From NCBI RefSeq assembly GCF_009914755.1, contig NC_060947.1: 64,000 nucleotides of DNA. One strand, written 5' to 3'. Origin of the DNA: the human T2T-CHM13v2.0 reference genome, Homo sapiens. A model generated the notes under the pieces. The model did no database searches. It was not told the DNA's origin and was given only the letters and a program-made list of their open reading frames with translations. Position 1 is the first letter of the stretch, and every line of letters starts with the position of its first letter. This document shows positions 32,433 to 48,955 of this stretch, one piece after another. The translations under genes were made by a program, and so were the position numbers.

Positions 32433-32563
32433 GGGGTGCGCTCAGAGCAGAGGGCCTTAAGAATGGCTCCTCTGTTTACAACACACCCAACAGGAATCTG
32501 GGCTTACTCCTCACAGGTGGCATGATACTTTGGCCTTCCTGTGACATCATGCCCTATACATGT
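32433..32563 (+). ncRNA. SNORA11G: Intronic H/ACA snoRNA of the SNORA11 (U107) family
   Basis: 5' hairpin GGGTGCG..GCAGAGGGCC/GGCTCCTCTGT..CACACCC; H box ACAGGA 32490-32495; 3' hairpin GGGC..TCACAGG/CCTGTGA..GCCC; ACA at 32558-32560 plus 3 nt; MAGED genes are known SNORA11 hosts. Confidence 0.85.
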
Positions 32564-32794
32564 CTCCCCTGGAGAAGCCCAAGGGACTGCTTTGCACAGG
32601 GCCAGTGGGAAATGGCTCAGTATTGGAGGCCAAGACCATAAACTGTGTTTGGTAGTGAGTCTGGGGCTGGAGGGTCTTAGAAATCCCTCTCCAGGGGCTG
32701 TTTGTATTTGTTTGGAGGAGGTTGCCACCTGGTGTCTAGTGCTTAGACAGCAGGGTTGCTTGGTTAGAAACAAGTTTCATTTCCTTTTTCCAAG

Positions 32795-32909
32795 GTACCT
32801 GGAGTACAAGAGGGTCCCTAACAGCAGACCACCTGAATATGAGTTCTTCTGGGGCTTGCGCTCCTACCACGAGACTAGCAAGATGAAAGTCCTCAAGTTT
32901 GCATGCAGG
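32795..32909 (+). CDS. TRO: Trophinin MAGE-domain exon: [38 protein letters not shown]
   Basis: AAG| and |GTAAGA, 115 nt; conserved MAGE YEFxWGxR motif. Confidence 0.97.
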
Positions 32910-33097
32910 GTAAGAGGAGAGCTGCCCGAGCTTGGCATATTAAGGCAATGGGATACCCTTGGCTGGGGCAGGCAATGCACAGGGATGGGCAGGTACAGAG
33001 CAGCCTGCAGCTCATATATAAACATGTGGAGCCTCCTTTATGTCCCAGGGTGCTGCTAGATATATAGTTTACATCATCTCATTCATTCTTCATACTT

Positions 33098-33484
33098 TGT
33101 ATTAATCAGCATGGGCTGCCATAACAAAATACCATAGACTGGGTGGATTAAAAAACAAATTTATTTTCTCATAGTTCTTGAGGGCGAGAATCCTAGGTCA
33201 GGGTCCACCAGGGTCAGTTCCTGTTGAAGGCTCTCTTCCTGGCTTGCAGATGGCTGCCTTCTTGCTGTGTCCTCACATGGCTTTGTGTGTGAGAGAGAAG
33301 AGAGCAAGCTTTCTGGTGTCTCTTCTTATAAGGACACTAATCCTGTTGATCAGGACCCCACCCTTATGGCCTCATTTAACCTTAATTATCTCCATAAAGG
33401 CCCTATCTCCAAGTACAATCACACTGGGTGTTAGGGATTCAACATACGAATTTGGGGGCGGGCACAACCCTTCAGTTCATAACA
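33098..33484 (-). mobile_element. MLT1A-like MaLR solo LTR in TRO intron
   Basis: TGTATTAATCAGCATGGGCTGCCATAACAAAATACCATAGACTGGGTG ... TTCAGTTCATAACA; near-TSD TACTT/TATTT. Confidence 0.85.
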
Positions 33485-33730
33485 TATTTACGCTCTATCA
33501 TTTCCTGTAATTATAAAGACACTTAGGCTAAGTGAGGTTAAGTAACTTGTCCAAGGTCATATAGCACGTAAGTCAGCAGAGCTGAAACTGGAGTTCAGAA
33601 CTGACCCATGATAGAGCCCCAATAACTGAGAAGTTTAAAAAAGTATTGCTACTAGTTTAATACAAAGCCCGTAGGTTAATACATGATTACTAGGGTTGTT
33701 TTCTTATTATGATTATCATCCCCATTTCAG

Positions 33731-36148
33731 GTGCAGAAGAAAGACCCCAAGGACTGGGCTGTGCAGTACCGCGAGGCAGTGGAGATGGAAGTCCAAGCTG
33801 CAGCTGTGGCTGTGGCTGAGGCTGAAGCCAGGGCTGAGGCAAGAGCCCAAATGGGGATTGGAGAGGAAGCTGTGGCTGGGCCCTGGAATTGGGATGACAT
33901 GGATATCGACTGCCTAACAAGGGAAGAGTTAGGCGATGATGCTCAGGCCTGGAGCAGATTTTCATTTGAAATTGAGGCCAGAGCCCAAGAAAATGCAGAT
34001 GCCAGCACCAACGTCAACTTCAGCAGAGGAGCTAGTACCAGGGCTGGCTTCAGCGATGGTGCTAGTATTAGCTTCAATGGTGCACCCAGCTCCAGTGGTG
34101 GCTTCAGTGGTGGACCTGGCATTACCTTTGGTGTTGCACCCAGCACCAGTGCCAGCTTCAGCAATACAGCCAGCATTAGCTTTGGTGGTACACTGAGCAC
34201 TAGCTCCAGCTTCAGCAGCGCAGCCAGCATTAGCTTTGGTTGTGCACACAGCACCAGCACTAGTTTCAGCAGTGAAGCCAGCATTAGCTTTGGTGGCATG
34301 CCTTGTACCAGTGCCAGCTTTAGTGGTGGAGTCAGCTCTAGTTTTAGTGGCCCACTCAGCACCAGTGCCACTTTCAGTGGTGGAGCCAGCTCTGGCTTTG
34401 GAGGCACACTCAGCACCACGGCTGGCTTTAGTGGTGTACTCAGCACTAGCACCAGCTTTGGCAGTGCACCCACAACGAGCACAGTCTTCAGTAGTGCGCT
34501 TAGCACCAGCACTGGCTTTGGAGGCATACTCAGCACCAGTGTCTGTTTTGGTGGCTCTCCCAGCTCCAGTGGTAGCTTTGGTGGTACACTCAGTACCAGT
34601 ATCTGCTTCGGTGGCTCTCCCTGCACCAGCACTGGCTTTGGAGGCACACTTAGCACCAGTGTCTCCTTTGGTGGCTCTTCCAGCACCAGTGCCAATTTTG
34701 GTGGTACACTAAGTACCAGCATCTGCTTTGATGGCTCTCCCAGCACTGGTGCTGGCTTTGGTGGTGCTCTCAACACCAGTGCCAGCTTTGGCAGTGTGCT
34801 CAACACCAGTACTGGTTTTGGTGGTGCTATGAGCACCAGTGCTGACTTTGGCGGTACACTAAGCACCAGTGTCTGCTTTGGTGGCTCTCCTGGCACCAGT
34901 GTCAGCTTTGGCAGTGCACTCAACACCAATGCTGGTTATGGTGGTGCTGTCAGCACCAACACTGACTTTGGTGGTACACTAAGCACCAGCGTCTGTTTTG
35001 GTGGCTCTCCCAGCACCAGTGCTGGCTTTGGTGGTGCACTCAACACCAATGCCAGCTTTGGCTGTGCCGTCAGCACCAGTGCCAGCTTCAGTGGTGCTGT
35101 CAGCACCAGTGCTTGCTTCAGTGGTGCACCAATCACCAACCCTGGCTTTGGCGGTGCATTTAGCACCAGTGCTGGCTTCGGTGGGGCACTTAGTACCGCT
35201 GCTGACTTCGGTGGTACTCCCAGCAACAGCATTGGCTTTGGTGCTGCTCCCAGCACCAGTGTCAGCTTTGGTGGTGCTCATGGCACCAGCCTCTGTTTTG
35301 GTGGAGCTCCCAGCACCAGCCTCTGCTTTGGCAGTGCATCTAATACTAACCTATGCTTTGGTGGCCCTCCTAGCACCAGTGCCTGCTTTAGTGGTGCTAC
35401 CAGCCCTAGTTTTTGTGATGGACCCAGCACCAGTACCGGTTTCAGCTTTGGCAATGGGTTAAGCACCAATGCTGGATTTGGTGGTGGACTGAACACCAGT
35501 GCTGGCTTTGGTGGTGGCCTAGGCACCAGTGCTGGCTTCAGTGGTGGCCTAAGCACAAGTTCTGGCTTTGATGGTGGGCTAGGTACCAGCGCTGGCTTCG
35601 GTGGAGGACCAGGCACCAGCACTGGTTTTGGTGGTGGACTGGGCACCAGTGCTGGCTTCAGTGGCGGACTGGGCACCAGTGCTGGCTTTGGTGGTGGACT
35701 GGTCACTAGTGATGGCTTTGGTGGTGGACTGGGCACCAATGCTAGTTTCGGCAGCACACTTGGCACCAGTGCTGGCTTTAGTGGTGGCCTCAGCACCAGC
35801 GATGGCTTTGGCAGTAGGCCTAATGCCAGCTTCGACAGAGGACTGAGTACCATCATTGGCTTTGGCAGTGGTTCCAACACCAGCACTGGCTTTACTGGCG
35901 AACCCAGCACCAGCACGGGCTTCAGTAGTGGACCCAGTTCTATTGTTGGCTTCAGCGGTGGACCAAGCACTGGTGTTGGCTTCTGCAGTGGACCAAGCAC
36001 CAGTGGCTTCAGCGGTGGACCGAGCACAGGAGCTGGCTTCGGCGGTGGACCAAACACTGGTGCTGGCTTTGGTGGTGGACCGAGCACCAGTGCTGGCTTT
36101 GGCAGTGGAGCCGCCAGTCTTGGTGCCTGTGGCTTCTCGTATGGCTAG
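33731..36148 (+). CDS. TRO: Trophinin last coding exon (805 codons; Gly/Ser/Thr/Phe decapeptide repeats); total CDS 15+397+35+179+805 = 1431 aa
   Basis: CAG|GTGCAG acceptor, stop TAG 36146-36148, donor at 36160 only 11 nt after the stop (escapes the 50-nt NMD rule). Confidence 0.97.
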   Translation: MQKKDPKDWAVQYREAVEMEVQAAAVAVAEAEARAEARAQMGIGEEAVAGPWNWDDMDIDCLTREELGDDAQAWSRFSFEIEARAQENADASTNVNFSRGASTRAGFSDGASISFNGAPSSSGGFSGGPGITFGVAPSTSASFSNTASISFGGTLSTSSSFSSAASISFGCAHSTSTSFSSEASISFGGMPCTSASFSGGVSSSFSGPLSTSATFSGGASSGFGGTLSTTAGFSGVLSTSTSFGSAPTTSTVFSSALSTSTGFGGILSTSVCFGGSPSSSGSFGGTLSTSICFGGSPCTSTGFGGTLSTSVSFGGSSSTSANFGGTLSTSICFDGSPSTGAGFGGALNTSASFGSVLNTSTGFGGAMSTSADFGGTLSTSVCFGGSPGTSVSFGSALNTNAGYGGAVSTNTDFGGTLSTSVCFGGSPSTSAGFGGALNTNASFGCAVSTSASFSGAVSTSACFSGAPITNPGFGGAFSTSAGFGGALSTAADFGGTPSNSIGFGAAPSTSVSFGGAHGTSLCFGGAPSTSLCFGSASNTNLCFGGPPSTSACFSGATSPSFCDGPSTSTGFSFGNGLSTNAGFGGGLNTSAGFGGGLGTSAGFSGGLSTSSGFDGGLGTSAGFGGGPGTSTGFGGGLGTSAGFSGGLGTSAGFGGGLVTSDGFGGGLGTNASFGSTLGTSAGFSGGLSTSDGFGSRPNASFDRGLSTIIGFGSGSNTSTGFTGEPSTSTGFSSGPSSIVGFSGGPSTGVGFCSGPSTSGFSGGPSTGAGFGGGPNTGAGFGGGPSTSAGFGSGAASLGACGFSYG
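34000..36120 (+). repeat. TRO: Coding 30-bp tandem repeat (e.g. AGCACCAGTGCTGGCTTTGGTGGTGGACTG)
   Basis: 10-aa periodic FGGxxSTSxx / FSGxxSTSxG units. Confidence 0.95.
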
Positions 36149-36331
36149 TGAGGTTTCAGGTAACTGCAATATTTCCATAGCCAGGACCCACAGGGATGGG
36201 TACAAGAGCTGGGAGATGTTGTAAGAAACACTAAGGCAGGACAGCAGGGTGGAAAGGTGAGGGCAATTAAGGAATTATGAGAAGACAGTGTATTTGGTGC
36301 TAAAATGTGTTCCTATTTGTTTTGTTTTCAG

Positions 36332-36560
36332 ATTTATTCCCCATGTTTACAGATACCGCTAATAAATTGCAGTAGTCCTTCCCATGGAGCCAAAGTACAT
36401 CCTTGGAATCTTTGTCCACACAGCAGTCAAGGCAGTTATGGCCAATCAGCTGAGGGTGTCATGTGATGGAAAAATCTGTTTGCTGTTCCTGCTTTATTGT
36501 TTGCTTTCTGTGTGCTGTCATATTTTGGTATCAGAGTTACATTAAATTTGCAAAATGAAT
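36332..36560 (+). other. TRO: TRO terminal 3'UTR exon with poly(A) signals AATAAA (36361) and ATTAAA (36541)
   Basis: Acceptor TTTGTTTTCAG| at 36331 (alternative TTTACAG| at 36352); T/GT-rich sequence after ATTAAA. Confidence 0.8.
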
Positions 36561-37432
36561 TGGAGTTTTTTCTGTCTTTTAATGTGCTTAGGTAGTTGTG
36601 GAGTGGCATCTTGGGTTCGTAGAAGAGCTGGAGATCAGCATAGCTCTTTGGAGAATGTGGGTCTCCAGCTTTTGGCTCAAAGGCAAATATGATTTCAGCA
36701 GGATAGAGGCCTGGGGAAAGCATGGCAGGCAAGAGGATAACAGGTTGAGGAAAGATATGGAGAGGGAAAGCCTGGAGCAGAAGGCAAACGGAGAGGCTTC
36801 TGGACAGTAAGTACAGATTGATTTTGAATCACTGGTGTAAGAATGGAGGGAAGGGCAGAGGTCACTAGGGGTGGACATAAGAACAAGGGAGGGTTTAATT
36901 GGGATAGGAGAGGAAAACTTGGGCATATTGTATAGACTGTGGGGCAAAAGCTAACAGGAACAGGAGATAGATATGGAAGAGTCAGGAATTGACTGAAGTA
37001 GCCCATCCCTGAGAAGGTGGGATGGAATAGGGTACCAGAGAAGACAACCCTGACTTTGAACAGACTTAAGGGTGGCTGTGGATGCAGATAAATATAGATC
37101 TGCTTCAAGCAGGGATCAGCAACTTCTGTAGTAGACAACAACAACAACAAAAGGAGAGGTGGATTATACAAGGTTTAGGTCTTGCTGGGTGGTTGTGATG
37201 GAAGGACAAGGGAACAAAGGCAGCAAGTGTATGAGTCTGTCTCTTTACCACTGGGTCACTGGTACCTGGCTTATGGTAGCTGCCTGGAGAGTGGCTGAAG
37301 AGATGGCCCATAGTATCCAACATAGTTAGGGACAGAACACTAAGGATAGATTGGGGGACAATAGAGCATTCAAAGGACTCTGCTCTTGATGCTGTACAGC
37401 AACAAATATTGTTCATTCAAAAAATACTATAG

Positions 37433-37733
37433 GGCTGGGCACAGTGGCTCATGTCTGTAATCCCAGGACTTTGGGAGAGGCCAAGATGGGAGGATTGCTT
37501 GAGCCCAGGAGTTCAAGACCAGCCTGGATAACATAGTAAGACTTCGTCTCTACAGAATAATTGAAAATTAGCCGGGCATGGTGGTGTGCACCTGTGGTCC
37601 CAGCTCCTTGTGAGAGAGGCTGAGGTGGGAGGATTGCTTAAGCCCAGGAGTTTGAGGCTGCAGTGAGCTGAGATTGCACCACTGCACTTCAGCCTGGGTG
37701 ACAGAGTGAGACCCTGTCTCAAAAAAAAAGAAG
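37433..37733 (+). mobile_element. Alu (AluJ-type)
   Basis: GGAGGATTGCTTGAGCCCAGGAG diagnostics; TSD-like AAAATACTA. Confidence 0.93.
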
Positions 37734-38304
37734 AAAATACTACATATATGCCTACTGTATGGAGGCACACTGCTAGGGATTCAGTGGATGACAGAGAGTT
37801 GTAAGGACTGGGGTAGTGGGTGGGCAGTGGTCAGACAGTTGGATGCTTACGTTTAAGAAGTCAGACCAGGGAGATGATACCAAAATCCATGGAGTAGGTG
37901 GTTGAAGGGGAGAAGATGATCACTGGAGTTGAGGGGGTCAGGGGACTGTGAGGCCAGAGTATTGGTTGGATCATTCACATAAACAGTGAAATCACTCAGG
38001 ATGGCAGCAAGAGTTGGAGAAGAAAGGAGCACTTGGCTCAAGTGCCAGATTCTTCCCTGAGTATAAGGATGAAAGTGTCATGCCCACAGCCACCTTGCTG
38101 GAACAAGGCCCACAGGAACTCACAGGCACCTATCTTCTCCCCCATCTTTGGAGGTGCTACTGTAGAACTTTTCCCTCCAGGAAATCCTCACCCATTCCAT
38201 GCCCTCACAGCAGCAGAGCTGGGTCAGGATTAGGGTCAGTACCTTGAGAACAACTGGAAAAGCCTCGCCATGACCTCCTCCTCTCCTCTTGTAGGCAGTA
38301 AGTC

Positions 38305-38310
38305 TTTATT
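38305..38310 (-). promoter_or_regulatory. PFKFB1: PFKFB1 poly(A) signal (AATAAA on -)
   Basis: TTTATT on + about 220 nt downstream of the stop codon. Confidence 0.65.
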
Positions 38311-38530
38311 CGTCAGAGAATAGGAATTAAGAAAGAAAGTTTCCTCCAGAGCTAGATAGCTCCTTGGTTGCGGCCAGCAAGCGAGGCTTGTTTGGGAGTT
38401 GCGGAGGACTTCTTCACTGGAAGTGGGGTGCCTCAGTGAGGCCAAGGCAGAGTAGGAGAAGAGCAAAGATAGCATTTCCTAAAGGTGGAAGGCGATGAGG
38501 ACACAGGCAGTTTGACTTCTTGGAAAGGGC

Positions 38531-38590
38531 TCAGTAGTGGGCTGGGACAGTATCCAGGGCTTCCTCAGGTTCCCGGGTGATGTCCACATT
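38531..38590 (-). CDS. PFKFB1: 6-phosphofructo-2-kinase/fructose-2,6-bisphosphatase 1, last exon NVDITREPEEALDTVPAHY*
   Basis: CAG| acceptor; C-terminus ...TVPAHY characteristic of the liver/muscle isozyme. Confidence 0.95.
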   Translation of the reverse strand, partial: NVDITREPEEALDTVPAHY

Positions 38591-38948
38591 CTGAGGAGAG
38601 AGCGCAGGATTAATAGGAAGGAGACAGCAGTGCAGGGCCCCAACCTCTCCCCTGCCTCTTGTCTTCATTGCCAGGCTCCCCTCTTTCAGCCAGGCCCGGA
38701 TCCTGACCCTCAGGTAGGCCTGGGGGAATCTCAGCCTGAGGCCTTTTAGGCGGGAATTGCCCCAGCCTTGCATCTCCATGGTGCCTCGTGTCTGGGTTGT
38801 GGTTTCTGCATTTCTGGGTGCTGTTTGCTCCATCTGTTGGTGCAAAACACCCAGGCTTGGTGGGGTTGGGGCAGCCTTTCTGTGGATAAGGTGCTTTCAC
38901 CATGTGCTGTGTCCACAGCCAGCTTGGGCCATGGAGTCCCCCACCTAC

Positions 38949-39013
38949 CTCAGGCTTCTCCCGGTGTGTGTTCACGGCCTCCACATTCAGGTAGATGGAT
39001 TCCACTTTGCAGC
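38949..39013 (-). CDS. PFKFB1: PFKFB1 exon: GCKVESIYLNVEAVNTHREKPE
   Basis: AAG| and |GTAGGT, 65 nt. Confidence 0.95.
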
Positions 39014-40039
39014 CTTAGAAAAGAACAATCCATCTGTCCATAGGCCCCCAAGGTAGGCACAGGTCTTCCCTGAGGTATCACCTCCCCTCCCCCATCACCA
39101 GCCACACCCCCAGCTTCATACTGTGTACAGATCATGACTCGCCTGTATGGAGGAGAATTTAGACAGCTATGTGATGTGTGGGGAAGACACCAGGCCTAAG
39201 AGGCAGCCAACAGGGTATCCTGTCACCTCTGCCCCTAACAGTCTTAGTTCACTGAGCTTCAGGTGCTCATTTGTAAATGGGGATGGAGATGAGAGATGAA
39301 CTCTGGCTGCCCACAGCTCTTGAGGTCCGCAGGACAGCAGTCTCATCTATGTAATATTGATGTAGCTCTGCGGATCCTCCAAGCCGTGTTAGGTGGTGAA
39401 GAGGTGGAAGAGTCCTGGGGCCACTGCCTTGGGCGATCAGTGCCAGGCAAAGTTTATCTGGAGGACAATGTGGTTGTGGCAACACCAGGAGTATGGAAGT
39501 TCACCTGGGAGTTTTAGGAAACCTGAAGACGGATGAGGGTGCATCATTGGGGCTTGGGGCTGACAGAGGGGGCCTAATGCCTGTGGAAGCTCCCTTAGCT
39601 TCATCCCTGTGGACTGCACCTTACTCCAGGCTTCAGTAGGTCATCTGCCCTGTTCGCACCCCAGAATAGATTTGATTCTGTCCCTCCCCTGTTCATGAAC
39701 CTTTCATAGCTAATGTCCCAAGAAAGACCCTAAACTGCCCAGGCTGGTCTTTGTGCTCTTTCTCCAATACGGCCCTAACCTATAATTTTCCTCTGGTCCC
39801 CTTTGGGGAATCCCCCTTCCACAGCTTGGTGCTCTGTGCTGGGTGCTCTGGCAAAGACACAGAGTCAGAGCCAGCCCCAGATTTAGAAACCATCCTACTC
39901 TTTCCCTGTTATCCTACTACCATCAGTCCCACCCCCACCACCCACTAAGGGAACCTCCTGCAGGACACCCACCCAGGAAACCTCCTGCAGGACTCTTCTG
40001 GGCAAATGGTAGGCACTAGGGCCATGCTCATAGCCTCTA

Positions 40040-40420
<381 letters not shown>

Positions 40421-42681
40421 TCACAGGACAAATGAGACCCAGGCAGGCTTCTCTCCCGCCCCAAGCCTGGGGCCTTCAGCAGACCCCACACCACAAAGGC
40501 CCACAGTTCACGTCAGCAAGTGTTTTTTGAGACCCTGCTGTGGCAGTGGACAGCTCCCACAGCCTTCTCCCAGCCTGGCCCGCTCCCTCTGATCATCCCT
40601 GCCTCAGGCCTGGTGATGGACAAGCATTTGTGCATTCACTTGTTTCCAGTTATTGACATTATGCATAAAGTTGTTCTGAATATTCATATGCATTCTTGTC
40701 TGGGTCTATGTTTCCATTTCTCAGGCAAGCCCAAGAGGTGGGGACAGTAAGCCCATTTCATGGTCTCAGCCAACTGAGGCCTTGAGAGGGAAAATGCTCT
40801 CCGCAAGTCACACAGCCAGGAAGCAGCAGAGCAAGGCCTTGAACCTGGGACCCTGTGAGGCCAGAATGCATGCACTGGCCCCTACTGTCAACTGCCCCTG
40901 CCATCCAGGGGCTTGCAGTGTCCTGGGGGTGATAAACCCACCTGCTAGGCACTCTCTCCTGACACCCACTTTCCTGCCCACCTGCACATAACGCTACCCA
41001 TTTCCCTTCATTTTGCAGGATCACCGACCCTCATGGCTTCCCTCAACAGCAGGTTCCACCCTAGGTTTCTGAGGTCTGCCACTGCCCTCCCAGCCTCCTG
41101 AGACATTAGGTTGGCTTTTTTCCTTCCTGGGCATCCATCCTGCTGCTCCTCCTTGTTTTTGTCATCATCAGGCCCTGGGCCAAGGGTGTTTTGCCCACTA
41201 CCTCATGACACCCTTAAAGCTAGATTGAGGTACTACTGTACACCCTCCTTGTACACTTGAGGAAACAGACTCGGAGAAGGGAAGTGACTTGCCTGAGATC
41301 TCTGACCCAGCTCTGCCACTGCCTCCACTAATGACCTTGGCCCGGGCTCTTCTCTCTCTGGTCCTCAGTGTTCCCATTTCACAGGACAGGATTGGACTAG
41401 ATGTACTCTGAGGGTGCCCCAGCCCTGATGTTCTGTGGGTCTGCATTCTCAGTCACATCATCTCTCTGGGCCTTGTTCCAGCATTCACCTAAGTAATGGG
41501 GTGGGTGGGGGGGTGAGAACATCTGTCCAGTGCTGCCCTGTCTGGCTCCCAGGACAGGTAGCCTGTGTGTAAAAAGCACTCCACACATGTCTGAGACGGG
41601 AAGTCCTCTGGCATGTACCTGGGATCAATGTCTATCCCTCACACTCTGAGCCCCATGACCTTGTGCCAGTCACTTCACCTTTCTGGGTCTCCCATTTCCT
41701 CATCTGGACAATGGGAGTTACAGCACCTGCCTCATGGTCTCAAAACATTGCCCTGAAAAGTAAAGATGTGAACAGAGAGAAATCTACCAGTGCAAGGACC
41801 CCCACCGCACATCCTATCACCTATTTCCAGTGAGGAAACTGAGGACCAGGCAGAGGAAATTCCTTATTTAATGTCAAGTTCTCAAGTGCCCTGGGTTCCA
41901 ATTCTGGATGACTCCATATTACAGTGTTCTTTATTTTCAAACTAGCATCGTAGAAAAGATCCAAGACTGTAAAACAGTGTAGACATTGAATATAATTTTG
42001 CATTGCTCTGAGACACCTTAAAAATATCCTGGAAATGCTAACACATCAGCATCCACATTGGAAATGGAATCTCATGCCTGAAAGTGATATAACAGTTTTT
42101 TTTTTTTTGCCAGGCCAGCTGCCCCAGTTTGCAGTTCAGCCTATGCAGTCAGTGTGTAAATACTCTGTAAATGCAATGCCTACATATTTTTTTAAAAATA
42201 AATTATCATTTGAAAAACAATTTAAAATGAAAACATCACTATCTTGGGGAAATTACCCCTATAGCAAGGACAGAAACTTGTAATCAGGATCATGAAGCTA
42301 TGAAAGGCCCTACTATCACCTGATGGTAGCATGCTTCACAGAAATACTAGCTCATCTTTTCCAGATTGAGGCAGACTGTTAACGTTGGCTTTGAAAATGT
42401 TAGCTAAGAATAATACTATACTAATAATAGCAGTTAATATATAGCCCACACAATGTGTCATGAACTGTTCTAAACTTTTTACTTATGTTATTTAAAATTC
42501 ATCATTATTCTCCCCATTTTACAGATGAGGACACTGAGGCCAGAGAAGTTAAAGAAATTTGTGAAAGGCAGTACAGCTAGTATGTGAAAGAGAAAGAATC
42601 TGAACCTAGGCATCCTTGTTCTAGATACTCTTCTCTTAACTACTAAGATATAGATATCTAATTGTTGGTGTCAGTGTCTCA

Positions 42682-42852
<171 letters not shown>

Positions 42853-43502
42853 CTAAACGTAAGAGAGATACTTGAGTGAGAAAGGAAGATGAGGCACATT
42901 TGCCCAGAGGGGAAGAACTCTAAACTAGGAATCAAGAACATTTGGTTCCAGTGCCAGTTCAATTGTTGACCCACCAGTATGACCTTAGGCAACTCACTTC
43001 CTTCTTAGGGTCTTAGTTTCATTATCTGCTAAATGGGGGCTATCAATATAGTGGACCAAATAAATGTATCAATACAGTGGACTAAATAACAATAACAACA
43101 ATACAACTCCCCACTGCAAATTGTCTTCTTAAATGCACTGCTGACCTTTCACAAAAATAAAGAAAATTTTATAAATATAGGGCCCCAAAATAGAGAAAAA
43201 CGGAAAAAAACAAGTGATAAGTGGATGTAGCAGCCACAGCTGCCCTGCAGGCATTTGCCAATCATAGTAACTAAGAGTTTTGAGTTTTAAAAACCGTACG
43301 GAAGTAGAAGACAAGGCCTTGGGTGTGCACAAGGTGGGGAGTTAAGACTGAGACTCTCACATAAATCTGAGATGCTCAAAGGCCAAATCTTTACGCTCTA
43401 AGTGCAAACTAGAAAAAGTTCCTTAACAAGCAAAAAGAAACAACAAGAAAATGTGTCTGTCTCTCCTTGGCTCTCAGGGGAAATAAGTGAAAATCCTCCT
43501 GT

Positions 43503-47527
<4,025 letters not shown>

Positions 47528-48597
47528 TCCTGTAAGAATTTATAACCACCAGACTTCCCTCAGGTGGGCTGGTGATTCAGAGCTACACTATCCATTTGGT
47601 TTGAAGAATGTTATGCTGAGAGTTTAATAAAAAGTGATCCCAAGTCGTTAGCTCCCAGGACTGCTTAGAAGAAGCAAATGAAATCTCTCTGGATTCTCTC
47701 AACTCAGGCTGCGTGAGATTTCCATAGATAAATTCTTGACAAGCTGGAGCTCATATAACACACAAGGAAATAAGCTACCATGAGTGAGAATAAGCAGAAA
47801 CAAGAAGAGAACCCTAAAAACTTAAGATAAGGGATGCCACAATATAAAATAAATATGTTTGAAACTTTTAAAGAAATAAAAGGTGGAATAAAAAATGTAA
47901 GGAAGAAACAAGATGCCATCAAATATACAATGTAGATTTGAAAAATAACTAAATAGAATTTCAGAAATAAAAAATAGTCATTAAAATTGAAAACTCAGTG
48001 TATGGGGTAAGGAGCATATTGGATACTACTTAAATAGTGACTAGAAGATAAAGCTGAAGAAATTACTCAGGATGCAGCAAAAGATACAAAGAGATAGAAA
48101 ATAGGAAGGAAAAGTTAGGAGACATGAAGAATAGAGGCAGGAGTAACATACATCCAATTGTATTTCCAGAAGAAGATAATAGAATGTGAGAGATGAATTT
48201 TTAAAGATAAATTGTCTGAGAGTTTTCCAGACTTGAAGAAGAATCCCAGTCCTCAGATTCAGGAAGTCTCACTAATCCCAAGCTATACATTAATAAATGA
48301 AAAGAAATTATCATCTAGACATATTAGAGGGAAACTTTAAAGCAACAATGATACAAAAACCTTAAAAGTAGCCAGAGAGGAAAGAAAACTAGACTGACAG
48401 CAGATTTCCTAGCCACAGTAGAAGCCAGAAGACAGTGAGGGTAATACTTTCAAAGTGCTGAGAGAAAACAACTGTCATCCTAGAGTTTTTACCCAGCCAA
48501 GCATCACTAGGATTGAGGACCCCCTCCTACCAAGACATTTTTAGACAAAAAGAAGGGTGTGTTTACTCACTAAAAAAGCTTCTAAAGAAAGATGGAA

Positions 48598-48955
<358 letters not shown>

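Noticed and set aside
33943-36087. Long antisense ORFs (328, 106 and 269 aa; PPKPALV repeats)
   Set aside because: Mirror frames of the TRO decapeptide repeat, which rarely uses TTA/CTA/TCA codons; no promoter or splice evidence.
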